IMG/VR virus record: IMGVR_UViG_3300046804_003398
DNA: 64,000 nt
DNA from: a virus
Taxonomy: Duplodnaviria; Caudoviricetes
Strand: one strand, 5' to 3'
The position numbers and the translations under genes were made by a program. Positions 18,017-26,491 of this stretch are shown here, in pieces. Numbering within the stretch: the first letter of the stretch is position 1; each line of letters opens with the position of its first letter. The notes under the pieces are model-generated. The model searched no databases. It had not been told where the DNA came from and saw nothing but the letters and a program-made list of their open reading frames with translations.

Positions 18017-18777
18017 ATGCGGAACAATTTGACATAAAAGACATCAACAGTAAGTTACAAGAACTTGAGTCACTAAAGGCTAAGGTAGAAGAGTTATATT
18101 CTCTCAATAAAATCGGTGATGACGTAAGAAAAGAACTAGACCAATACAAAGTTCTACGAGACCGAGGAGTTGAAATACCACACTTAGACAAAGAGTTCAG
18201 TGATCAATTATATCCAAAACGAGGTGCCAATGGTCCCAAGACTAGACCTCTTATGCAAAGTGAAGTGTGTGAAGCATTGGAAAAATCTTCATCGGCACGA
18301 AAGGCAGCAAAACGATTGGGTGTGAGTTATCCAACATTCAAGAAGTATGCCAAGTTATATGGAATTCACAAAACTCCAGGCTGGCCTATAAAGAAGAAAG
18401 ATCCATCAGATACAACCCGAAAACATCGTGGTCCAATAGATCCATACAAAGGTAAGTATCCAGTCACAGAAATCGTAAAAGGTTTGTATCCAGAGTTTCC
18501 AGTTCATAGACTCAAAGACAAACTGATACGTGCTGGTCTCAAAAAACCAGAATGTGAACAGTGTGGCTTTGGTGAACGAAGACTCACAGATGGTAAGTTA
18601 CCGTTGTTGTTGAATTTTGAGGATGGTAATAATAAAAACCACAAGTTGGAAAACATGAGATTGTTGTGTTACAACTGCACATTTACATCGGGTAAGGGAT
18701 ACATAAACCGTGGACCAAAAGCATTTGATCCAGATATTCTACAAGACAGTAAGAAGATACTCAAACAAAGATTTTAA
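18013..18777 (+). CDS. HTH plus degenerate HNH-fold DNA-binding protein
   Basis: SSARKAAKRLGVSYPTFKKYAK HTH; CEQC...LLLNFEDGNNKNHKLENMRLLCYNCT. Confidence 0.7.
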   Translation: MNAEQFDIKDINSKLQELESLKAKVEELYSLNKIGDDVRKELDQYKVLRDRGVEIPHLDKEFSDQLYPKRGANGPKTRPLMQSEVCEALEKSSSARKAAKRLGVSYPTFKKYAKLYGIHKTPGWPIKKKDPSDTTRKHRGPIDPYKGKYPVTEIVKGLYPEFPVHRLKDKLIRAGLKKPECEQCGFGERRLTDGKLPLLLNFEDGNNKNHKLENMRLLCYNCTFTSGKGYINRGPKAFDPDILQDSKKILKQRF

Positions 18778-18778
18778 C

Positions 18779-19270
18779 ATGAATGACTTTGGACACATAT
18801 TATCTAAACATGGAGTTTTAGTAGCATTCAATATTGCTAAAAAAGTCAAACAGTCCGACATCAACAAAATCAGAAAGAAGTTGAAAGAGACATGTGCGAC
18901 CGAAGAAGAACTCAATGAACAGCTTGAAAAGTTGATTGTGCTCCAAATTAAAAATTCACTACATAACCAAGAAATCCCAGGTATCATCAGTAAACAAACT
19001 GGTAAAAAACTAGAAGACCCATTCGCACATATACCTGCAATATTAAAACAAAAGATATTGAGAATGGTTCTTCATTTCAGTGAAATCATTGACCGTGAAA
19101 AATTTAACAAGGAACTATTATTGATAGTTTCTCAGTTATTGTTGGCTCAAAATAAAATTACACAAAATGATATAATTGAGTTCAACAAAAAATATAAATT
19201 AAAGTCATTCGTTGACGAAGACTATTTAGATAATGAAGAGGACGACGACGACGAAAACGATCAACCTTGA
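18779..19270 (+). CDS. Hypothetical protein with acidic tail
   Basis: ATG 1 nt after the previous stop; ends EEDDDDENDQP. Confidence 0.65.
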   Translation: MNDFGHILSKHGVLVAFNIAKKVKQSDINKIRKKLKETCATEEELNEQLEKLIVLQIKNSLHNQEIPGIISKQTGKKLEDPFAHIPAILKQKILRMVLHFSEIIDREKFNKELLLIVSQLLLAQNKITQNDIIEFNKKYKLKSFVDEDYLDNEEDDDDENDQP

Positions 19271-19279
19271 ATTAGTTTT

Positions 19280-20419
19280 ATGGAAATATACAACATCTCA
19301 GACGCTAAAAAATTTATGAACGATAAGAAAACTGTTTTTGTGACCGGCGTTACTGGTCAAGACGGCAGCCACATGGTAGACTATTTGTTGAAAAATACAG
19401 ACTATACCATCTTTGGCGGTGCACGACGATTGAGTATCAAGAATCATGATAACCTCAAACATCTCGAAAATAATCCAAGATTCCAATTGATCAACTTTGA
19501 TTTGAGTGATGCACACAGTATCTCCAAGACGATTGAACAAATCAAGCCAGATTATTTTATCAACCTCGCGGCACAAACCTTCGTTGGTTCAAGTTGGGAC
19601 TTTCCAGCACAAACTTGGGAATGTAACACAACGGGTATTATTCACATCCTAGAAGCTATTCGTCAACACAAGCCAACATGTAGATTCTACAACGCTGGTT
19701 CGTCAGAAGAATATGGCAACGTAGCTTACACACCACAAGATGAAGAACATCCAGCTCGTCCTCGTAGTCCATACGGTGCAAGTAAGAGTGCTGCTCGTCA
19801 ATTGGTAAAGGTCTACAGAGAGTCTTACAATCTATATGCTGTTCAAGGATTGTTGTTCAACCATGAAGGAACTCGTCGTGGCGAAGAGTTTGTTACTCGT
19901 AAAATCACCAAGGGTGTCGCACGAATCAAGCAAGCACTTGTGAATGGCAAGACATTTGAAGCAATCGAACTTGGTAACGTGTATGCAAAACGTGACTGGA
20001 GTGATGCCGAAGACTTTGTTGACGGTATTTGGCGAATGTTGAATCAAGAAAAGTATCGTGTTGACTTTGATAGCAACATGAAACTTCAAGAGTATGTGTT
20101 GTCAAGCAACGAAACTCACACTATTAAGGAGTTTGTTGAGTTGGCATTCAAGTATGCTGGTATCGAAGGTGGATGGCATGGTAATGGAACTGGTGAAGAG
20201 TTTAGTCTCACACCAACAACTGTTGACAAGTTTGATGCTGCTTCAAGTATTCTTGTAAGGATCAATCCAAAGTTCTATCGTCCAGCTGAAGTGGATCTGT
20301 TGTTGGGAAATAGTAACTTGGCACGTAAAGATCTTCAATGGTCACCAAAGACCTCATTTAACCAATTGGTAGAGAAGATGGTTAGAAATGACTTGAGTTT
20401 ATTGGGTTTGACCGTATAA
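19280..20419 (+). CDS. gmd: GDP-mannose 4,6-dehydratase
   Basis: VTGVTGQDGS, NLAAQTFV, AGSSEEYG, PRSPYGASK, LFNHE, FVTRKIT, AKRDW, FYRPAEVDLLLG. Confidence 0.95.
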   Translation: MEIYNISDAKKFMNDKKTVFVTGVTGQDGSHMVDYLLKNTDYTIFGGARRLSIKNHDNLKHLENNPRFQLINFDLSDAHSISKTIEQIKPDYFINLAAQTFVGSSWDFPAQTWECNTTGIIHILEAIRQHKPTCRFYNAGSSEEYGNVAYTPQDEEHPARPRSPYGASKSAARQLVKVYRESYNLYAVQGLLFNHEGTRRGEEFVTRKITKGVARIKQALVNGKTFEAIELGNVYAKRDWSDAEDFVDGIWRMLNQEKYRVDFDSNMKLQEYVLSSNETHTIKEFVELAFKYAGIEGGWHGNGTGEEFSLTPTTVDKFDAASSILVRINPKFYRPAEVDLLLGNSNLARKDLQWSPKTSFNQLVEKMVRNDLSLLGLTV

Positions 20420-20429
20420 TTATAGGTAT

Positions 20430-20831
20430 ATGAGCGAAAGCTATACACTATACAACGAAACGGTAATGGATCACTTTATCAACCCACGTAACATGGGTGA
20501 TATAAAAGACGCAGATGCCATTGGTGAAGTGGGTGCTGCGGCTTGTGGTGATATCATGAAAATCAGTCTGAAAATCGACGATGTTACTGGAACGGTAACT
20601 GATGCACGATTCAAGACGTTTGGTTGTGGTAGTGCTATAGCTGCTTCATCTATGGCTACTGAACTCATCAAAGGAAAGTCGATTGACGAATTACAAAAGA
20701 CTTTTTCAAACGATGACATTGTGAATGCTTTGGGAGGTCTACCACCTGTCAAAATTCACTGTTCAGTGTTGGCTCATGAAGCATTAAGTGCCGCTTTAGA
20801 AGATTACAAAAGAAAAAAAGGAATAAAATAG
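20430..20831 (+). CDS. iscU: Fe-S cluster scaffold IscU/NifU
   Basis: DHFINPRNMG, ACGDIM, FKTFGCGSAIAASS, PPVKIHCSVLA (3 Cys, Asp and His intact). Confidence 0.95.
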   Translation: MSESYTLYNETVMDHFINPRNMGDIKDADAIGEVGAAACGDIMKISLKIDDVTGTVTDARFKTFGCGSAIAASSMATELIKGKSIDELQKTFSNDDIVNALGGLPPVKIHCSVLAHEALSAALEDYKRKKGIK

Positions 20832-20834
20832 TTT

Positions 20835-21116
20835 ATGTTTAACAACAAAATTGAAGGCATGAATATGCCAGCTCCAAAGCAAAACTTTGGAATCAAAGAT
20901 ACAACCGCCGTTGACTGTCCAGAGTGTCACAACACTGTGTTTCAAAATGGTGTTATATTTCGTAAGGTAAGCAAGATTCTTGCTGGAACTGATAAGGACG
21001 GATTAGTTCCCATCAACGTGCCATACTGTGTAAACTGTTTGGAACCACTACAAGAGTTGCTTCCTATTGAACTCAGAAAGTCAAAGATTCAGTTTCTCGA
21101 CTCAGAAAGCTGTTAA
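20835..21116 (+). CDS. Zinc-ribbon hypothetical protein
   Basis: CPEC...CVNC. Confidence 0.7.
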   Translation: MFNNKIEGMNMPAPKQNFGIKDTTAVDCPECHNTVFQNGVIFRKVSKILAGTDKDGLVPINVPYCVNCLEPLQELLPIELRKSKIQFLDSESC

Positions 21117-21787
21117 TACTTCTTGATAAAAACAATACTTTTGTAGAAATGGATAAATTCAATGAGTTTATCCATTTTTGTCATTTTATCATGTTCACAA
21201 CAACCGCTAGCATCACGTTTTATACAACCATGAAGTTCACCAGAAAAACAATATCCATGTGAATTTACATAGTCCACCAATTCTTTTGTATAGTTAATAA
21301 ACTCGGGTGTGTTATTAATACTATGAACTTCCTTGAGATACGATGTGTGTAAGTCTTCAACCACATAAATACCACCATCTCGCAATAATGGAAATAGTGT
21401 ATCAAAGGTTATCTTGGTGTAAGAGTCTATGTGTGAACCATCATCGATGATAATATCAAACGGTCCATATTTTGAATTGAGTTCTTGTAGCAACTGTGTA
21501 TCACGTTGATCTCCCTTTACAATGGTTATACGATCATTTGGTGGATACGCATAATGTTTTATGTCATGGTCCATACAAACAAACCTACCATTGGTAAAAT
21601 ACTTGGACCACATTTGAATAGATTGACCAGAAGCCAATCCTATTTCCAACACATTGATTGGATCATCACGTAGTTCTTGAAAATAACGGTGATATAACTT
21701 ATTGAAGTTATGACCAAATTTGGACTTATCAGTGGTAAAGTTGTTTCCTTCGGCGAGTTTATCAAGTGGGCAATCAGTCTTATCCAT
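21113..21787 (-). CDS. Class I SAM methyltransferase (MycE/TylE-like sugar O-methyltransferase)
   Basis: TDKS, VLEIG, GDQRD, FDIIIDDGSH, GGIYVVEDLHTSY. Confidence 0.85.
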   Translation of the reverse strand: MDKTDCPLDKLAEGNNFTTDKSKFGHNFNKLYHRYFQELRDDPINVLEIGLASGQSIQMWSKYFTNGRFVCMDHDIKHYAYPPNDRITIVKGDQRDTQLLQELNSKYGPFDIIIDDGSHIDSYTKITFDTLFPLLRDGGIYVVEDLHTSYLKEVHSINNTPEFINYTKELVDYVNSHGYCFSGELHGCIKRDASGCCEHDKMTKMDKLIEFIHFYKSIVFIKKY

Positions 21788-22136
21788 ATAACATCGATTT
21801 ATCTACCCTATAACTAGGAGTTTCTGTTTCTCTAACTCCCATTTTTGACTTTAAAAACATAAGAGCTGCTCTAGGACTCATGGTTCCACAATTAAATCCA
21901 AGAATACCATATTGTTGACAAAACTCCTCCAATGCCTTTACGTCATCAGTATTGTGTTGTTTAATAGTTGGTTCCTGGTCCGTAAAGGGGTCTTCCTGAC
22001 GTTTTTTCCTACTCAACATGGTTTGATAGGGGTCGAACCCACTATTGTTGGATTTAGCCATTACTCGGGTTTGCATCGCACCCATATTTGCCAAATTTGC
22101 AAACATACTAGAGTTCATTGATGGCCAGTCGTCCAT
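21780..22136 (-). CDS. Hypothetical protein
   Basis: 118-aa ORF in the late-type operon, 3 nt after the lysozyme polyprotein. Confidence 0.6.
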   Translation of the reverse strand: MDDWPSMNSSMFANLANMGAMQTRVMAKSNNSGFDPYQTMLSRKKRQEDPFTDQEPTIKQHNTDDVKALEEFCQQYGILGFNCGTMSPRAALMFLKSKMGVRETETPSYRVDKSMLYG

Positions 22137-22139
22137 ATA

Positions 22140-24359
22140 TCAACCAATTGCGTAGTTAAACCCAAAGTATTCGTTCTTATTTTTTGCGTATTGAGCAAAT
22201 GCTACTGCATTTGTTTTCATTCGTCGTTGAATTTGAGATGGACCACTTTTTGCATTTTGGTGATTCAAGTATTCTCTCGCAGCATTAGTCCAATCGCCAC
22301 TGTTCATCAATCCAATTGTTTTTGGTCCAATATCTCCTCTATACAACGCATTTATAATTGCGTTTTTGACATATGTTGGTAGACTTGTAAAATTACTAAT
22401 TTTCTTGGATGCTAATTTTTCTTTGGTCTTAACATCCACGTTAAACAACTTTTCAATTTGATCGTCTGTAAGTTTTTGTTGACCATTTAATACTTTATCA
22501 TAATCTACAGTATTTCCGAACAAAGCCTTAAATAATTGACGGTCTTGTTGACTATTATTTAGATAGTGACCAATTCCAATCGTAGGCAAACCAGCACTAT
22601 CTTTATAGACAGTATCTTTTTTGCCTTCCCAATGACCTATATAATCACTTGTTTTTTTGTTCAACAAAGAGGCCTCTGAATTTTTTATAGAGGTTTGTGT
22701 TATCGCAGGTTTGCCGGCGACTTTCGAGGCAGCAGCTTGTAACTTATCGCCTCCAGCCAAAGCCCCCAATCCAATTGCTCCGGCAGCAACCCAGTCTTTC
22801 CAACCTTCTTCAAGTTCTTTTGCAATTCTCACTTCGTCCAGCTTTCTACCTTCTGGACCAAAGTGATCTAGGTGGTGATACACATCGTCCAAGTATTCAC
22901 CGGCCAAGTTCAACTTAGCTTTCACCCAATCTTCCAACTCAGAATTTGGTTGCAACATCGACTCCAACTCTTTTGCGTCATTGTTGATTTGTTTCAATGC
23001 TCCCATAGCCATGCTACTATTGAACTCTTTCAACAACTGATTGGTAACTTCTTTATACACTTCTCTCACTGGTTTACTCTTTGTGTGTTTACCAGCTTTT
23101 CTTAACTGTCTAGCTCTACAATGAGCCTTTTGACCAAATCCCTTTGGATTGCTACAGTCTATGCTTCTCTTATACTTCATAGACCATTTCTCACTGATTT
23201 GATCAATTGGAGTTCCAGCCTCCTTTTCGTCTTGATAAAATTTCAAATAATCTCTGACTGTAGCTACATAATCACAAGCATGATTCAACTTAGCCTTTAC
23301 CCAGTCTTCCAAGTTATCATTTACATCAAACATCGATTGTAGTTCATCACTATATTTGATGATCTTATTCACATCACTTTGTGCCATCTCAGCATTTTCA
23401 TTTAACGAAGAATCTGTCCAGTTCTTGACATCAAGTTTTCCCTTTTGGTGTAATTTAGTCAAATCTGAATAATGAAACGAATACTTGTATAAGTCTTTCA
23501 ACCTCTTGGTCAATTCTGGAAATTGTTTGCCCAAACCAATCAACACTGTATCCACAGAACTTTGAGTCACTATATCTTTTGCTGGCGTTTTGGCTTTACC
23601 GAGAAGTTTAATCTTCTCCAACTTGGATATCAACTTCAAAGCATAGTTTTTATAAGCTTGATATGATTGATAGTTGGTCATAGCTACGTCGTTTGATTCA
23701 GTCATATTTCTAAGTTTTTGTAATGCTTTTGCGTAACCAGCTGGTAACTCTGATGCTCTCATGTGTGCTGTTTTTACGAACTCTTTTTCTTTCTTGGACA
23801 ACTTTGGTTTTTCAGATGATATCTTTGGACTAAATCCACTTACCAACTGAAACTCACTTGATGGACCAGTTCCGGCCATACCCATTTGAATATATGTGGC
23901 ACTAGATGGAAACTTGGTGAGATACTCCTTGAGTGCGTCATATTGATTTTGTGTAATGGCTGTATTCCATATACCCACAAAATAGTAATTCTTGTTGTGC
24001 AGATTCACAAGCCATGCACGACCACTCAAACATGTTTTTCTCAAAAATACCATGTCATCTTGATCCGCATACTTTTCTTTTCTTATGTCTTGTAGTTCTT
24101 TACTACTTGCCAAAACAGTTTCTTTATGATCCGATCCTTGACCACCTTTTAAGATCAATTTTTTATCACCGTCTGCATAAATGATAAAAGCATAACCATT
24201 TTCTTCGGTTGCTTGATACACCGTCTCAAACTTCTTCAATCCCAAAGAAAATGCTTTAAGGTTAAAACCCCGAGCAGATGGTGGTGTCCCCAGCCTGTCG
24301 CCGAAGCCACTCACCATATACTCGGAGTTTCCTATTTTGATCGGATATGCTTTGTCCAT
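22140..24359 (-). CDS. Modular head-type polyprotein with C-terminal T4-type (GH24) lysozyme
   Basis: WEGKKDTVYKDSAGLPTIGIGH has the E/D(+9)/T(+15) spacing of T4 lysozyme; two LEDWVKAKLN repeats; KWSMKYKRSIDCSNPKGFGQKAHC module. Confidence 0.8.
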   Translation of the reverse strand: MDKAYPIKIGNSEYMVSGFGDRLGTPPSARGFNLKAFSLGLKKFETVYQATEENGYAFIIYADGDKKLILKGGQGSDHKETVLASSKELQDIRKEKYADQDDMVFLRKTCLSGRAWLVNLHNKNYYFVGIWNTAITQNQYDALKEYLTKFPSSATYIQMGMAGTGPSSEFQLVSGFSPKISSEKPKLSKKEKEFVKTAHMRASELPAGYAKALQKLRNMTESNDVAMTNYQSYQAYKNYALKLISKLEKIKLLGKAKTPAKDIVTQSSVDTVLIGLGKQFPELTKRLKDLYKYSFHYSDLTKLHQKGKLDVKNWTDSSLNENAEMAQSDVNKIIKYSDELQSMFDVNDNLEDWVKAKLNHACDYVATVRDYLKFYQDEKEAGTPIDQISEKWSMKYKRSIDCSNPKGFGQKAHCRARQLRKAGKHTKSKPVREVYKEVTNQLLKEFNSSMAMGALKQINNDAKELESMLQPNSELEDWVKAKLNLAGEYLDDVYHHLDHFGPEGRKLDEVRIAKELEEGWKDWVAAGAIGLGALAGGDKLQAAASKVAGKPAITQTSIKNSEASLLNKKTSDYIGHWEGKKDTVYKDSAGLPTIGIGHYLNNSQQDRQLFKALFGNTVDYDKVLNGQQKLTDDQIEKLFNVDVKTKEKLASKKISNFTSLPTYVKNAIINALYRGDIGPKTIGLMNSGDWTNAAREYLNHQNAKSGPSQIQRRMKTNAVAFAQYAKNKNEYFGFNYAIG
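22909..23312 (-). repeat. Intragenic duplicated ~50-aa module (LEDWVKAKLN)
   Basis: MAQSDVNKIIKYSDELQSMF..NDNLEDWVKAKLNHACDYV vs MAMGALKQINNDAKELESML..NSELEDWVKAKLNLAGEYL; DNA cores at 23284-23312 and 22909-22936. Confidence 0.8.
24265..24330 (-). other. GC-rich 66-nt rod-like RNA hairpin within codons ~10-32 of the lysozyme polyprotein
   Basis: AAACUCCGAGUAUAUGGUG/CACCAUCUGCUCGGGGUUU (18 of 19 paired), GUG/CAC, CUUCGGC/GCUGGGG, loop GACAG; 5 G-U pairs valid only on the mRNA strand. Confidence 0.7.
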
Positions 24360-24360
24360 A

Positions 24361-25665
24361 TTACTTCTTCTTCTTGAACTTACTCAAGGTCATTGCCAAT
24401 CGAGCACGTTGACCCAACTTGCCACCCTTCTTTGCGGCAGCTGCCAACTTAGCCTTTGGAATTTTTTCACCTTGTGGAACGTCCAATTGCTTGTGTAGAG
24501 CACCTTTCTTGGCTGGCTTGATTGCGTTCTTGATCCACTTCTTCTTGGTCTCTTCAATTTCCTTGGATTGTTCAAAGGTAATTTCACCAAGAGCTTCTTC
24601 ATCAGCACCTTCATCACCAGTGTCAGTGGACATTTGGGTCGCAGGAGTTTGTTCAGTTTCGTCACCACCAGTTTCTACTTCACTGTCAGATGGTGGTAGT
24701 TGATCAGCATCTTGAGTTGGAGCAGATGCTTGTGGTTCATCACTTGGTGGCAACTCGTTTCCTTCTGGAGCAAGTTGAGTCATCAAAAGATCATGCAACT
24801 TTTGTGCTAGATCTTTGTCAAGTGTGATAGTTACTGATTCTTGGTCAGCACCAACTTCTACTGGTTCGTCACCACCCTCTTGTTCACGAAGGTGCTTACG
24901 AATGATTTTCTTGATTGATTCTTTTAATTGTTTTTCTTTCATAGAGTAATGTTTGTTTTCTGCATATCCGACAAAATCGTATCCACTTCCGTATGTTCCA
25001 AGACCTTCAGGCGATGCTTCGGCTGGACTTGGACCATCGAAAACTTGTGAGACAACACTTTCACTTGGTGTTGATTCTTCGCTCATTCTCCAACCACCAC
25101 CTTTGGATTTATACCATCTAGCTGCCCAACCATTTGCATAGGCACTTGGATAAACATCAAACTTGGATCTAGCAGCTGCTTTTGCTCTTGCCCACAAAGC
25201 TGGATTTGTTGGTTTTGGTTTTTTCTTCTTACTGGCTTCTTGTAGTTGTATGTCGATGGTTTTATTGTGTTTACCTTCTCCATCAAAAGGATTGTTTGAT
25301 TTGTCAATTATTGGTGTGCTAGCTCTACCATCAACTTGACCATCTGATGTTCCACCAATACTACCTTTTACATTGCCTGGTCCTACACCATCTTCACCAA
25401 CTCTGGCTGGATCATTGAAACTTTGATCTGGGTCACCCAAACCAGAACTAGCAGATCCACCAAATTCGTCAGCCAAACCAGCCTTGATTAATTTGGTATA
25501 ATATTCAGGATCTTCGGTCAAATGATCCAATGCAATTTCTTGAGCAATCTTAGGATCATTGGTATGTTCCATTTCGACTTGAATACCAACACTGAGTTGA
25601 GTTGGATCAACGTCACCTGGATTGGTTAAATCACCTTTACCGCCTCCTAAATAGTTTATCTTCAT
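24361..25665 (-). CDS. Modular head-type polyprotein (DUF5661-like, DUF5872-like, acidic linker, basic C-terminal peptide)
   Basis: GIQVEMEHTNDPKIAQEIALDHLTEDPEYYTKL; NPALWARAKAAARSKFDVYPSAYA..WYKSKGGGW; KKWIKNAIK...GALHKQL..KIPKAKLAAAAKKGGKLGQRARLA. Confidence 0.7.
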   Translation of the reverse strand: MKINYLGGGKGDLTNPGDVDPTQLSVGIQVEMEHTNDPKIAQEIALDHLTEDPEYYTKLIKAGLADEFGGSASSGLGDPDQSFNDPARVGEDGVGPGNVKGSIGGTSDGQVDGRASTPIIDKSNNPFDGEGKHNKTIDIQLQEASKKKKPKPTNPALWARAKAAARSKFDVYPSAYANGWAARWYKSKGGGWRMSEESTPSESVVSQVFDGPSPAEASPEGLGTYGSGYDFVGYAENKHYSMKEKQLKESIKKIIRKHLREQEGGDEPVEVGADQESVTITLDKDLAQKLHDLLMTQLAPEGNELPPSDEPQASAPTQDADQLPPSDSEVETGGDETEQTPATQMSTDTGDEGADEEALGEITFEQSKEIEETKKKWIKNAIKPAKKGALHKQLDVPQGEKIPKAKLAAAAKKGGKLGQRARLAMTLSKFKKKK

Positions 25666-25868
25666 TTCTTTAAACCTTGTTGAAATTTTTGAAATCCTTT
25701 GCCACTGTCATATCCATAATCAATCATCCATCTACGTCCATGCATTGCTGGATGACCAATGATAGGATCATTTAGTTTTCCTTGTTGACCGATATAAGAC
25801 CAGTCGGCTGGCAACTTAGAAGGAGTCCTATATTGAGGCTTCTGTGAGTTGGCAAAGTTATTACTCAT
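25662..25868 (-). CDS. Small hypothetical protein
   Basis: 68 aa; TATTTAT at 25873-25879; ATGA overlap with the next gene. Confidence 0.6.
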   Translation of the reverse strand: MSNNFANSQKPQYRTPSKLPADWSYIGQQGKLNDPIIGHPAMHGRRWMIDYGYDSGKGFQKFQQGLKK

Positions 25869-25883
25869 GTTAATAAATATAAA

Positions 25884-26432
25884 TTAGACCTGATAAATCC
25901 AACAAGTATCCTTAATAGTTATTCTATCTTTTGGAAACAGTTCATCTATAGCCTTAATGACACCCGCATGTTCTGGGTTGGTTGGGTCGTCCAAATTATA
26001 GTCATGACCCGCAAGAATACCCCCTTTTTTCACTTTTGGTAACCATGTGTCTATGTCGAGAGTGATACATTCATACAAATGACAAGCATCAATAAACACA
26101 AAGTCCAATGAATTATTCTCAAAATGTTCAGATCCTTCAACCGATGATCCACGAATATGTTTATATAAGTTAGGATTCTTGAGAAAACCATCCATATTAC
26201 CACGATATATTTGATATATTTCTTCCGCTGGCCAACTGTCCACAGACGTTAGTTGAATGTTTTTCTTGGAATTGATTATTTCCACAAGCATATAAGCCGC
26301 AGATCGTCCTTTCCACGATCCAATTTCAACAAACTTGCTGTTGTCTTTTGCTTGTTCAACAATCATTTTGTAAACGGAGGGATAGTTGAACCAATTTTCT
26401 CCGAAACTAACGTTAGTATATACATGTTCCAT
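25884..26432 (-). CDS. Class I SAM methyltransferase (Methyltransf_24-like)
   Basis: FVEIGSWKGRSA, LDFVFIDACHLYE, KKGGILAGHDY. Confidence 0.85.
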   Translation of the reverse strand: MEHVYTNVSFGENWFNYPSVYKMIVEQAKDNSKFVEIGSWKGRSAAYMLVEIINSKKNIQLTSVDSWPAEEIYQIYRGNMDGFLKNPNLYKHIRGSSVEGSEHFENNSLDFVFIDACHLYECITLDIDTWLPKVKKGGILAGHDYNLDDPTNPEHAGVIKAIDELFPKDRITIKDTCWIYQV

Positions 26433-26491
26433 AACTCAAAAAATATCAATTATACGGGTATATAATACATATGTATGCTTCGGTAAATCAT

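Noticed and set aside
22690-22800. GC-rich patch in the polyprotein gene
   Set aside because: Explained by Ala/Gly codons; only short scattered stems, unlike the 24265-24330 element
24265-24330. Hairpin as a T4 gene 60-style bypass signal, SECIS, SRP RNA or HDV-like ribozyme
   Set aside because: No in-frame stop or UGA near it, no SRP CAGG/GGAA/AGCA core, and no nested double-pseudoknot pattern found; kept only as an unassigned hairpin
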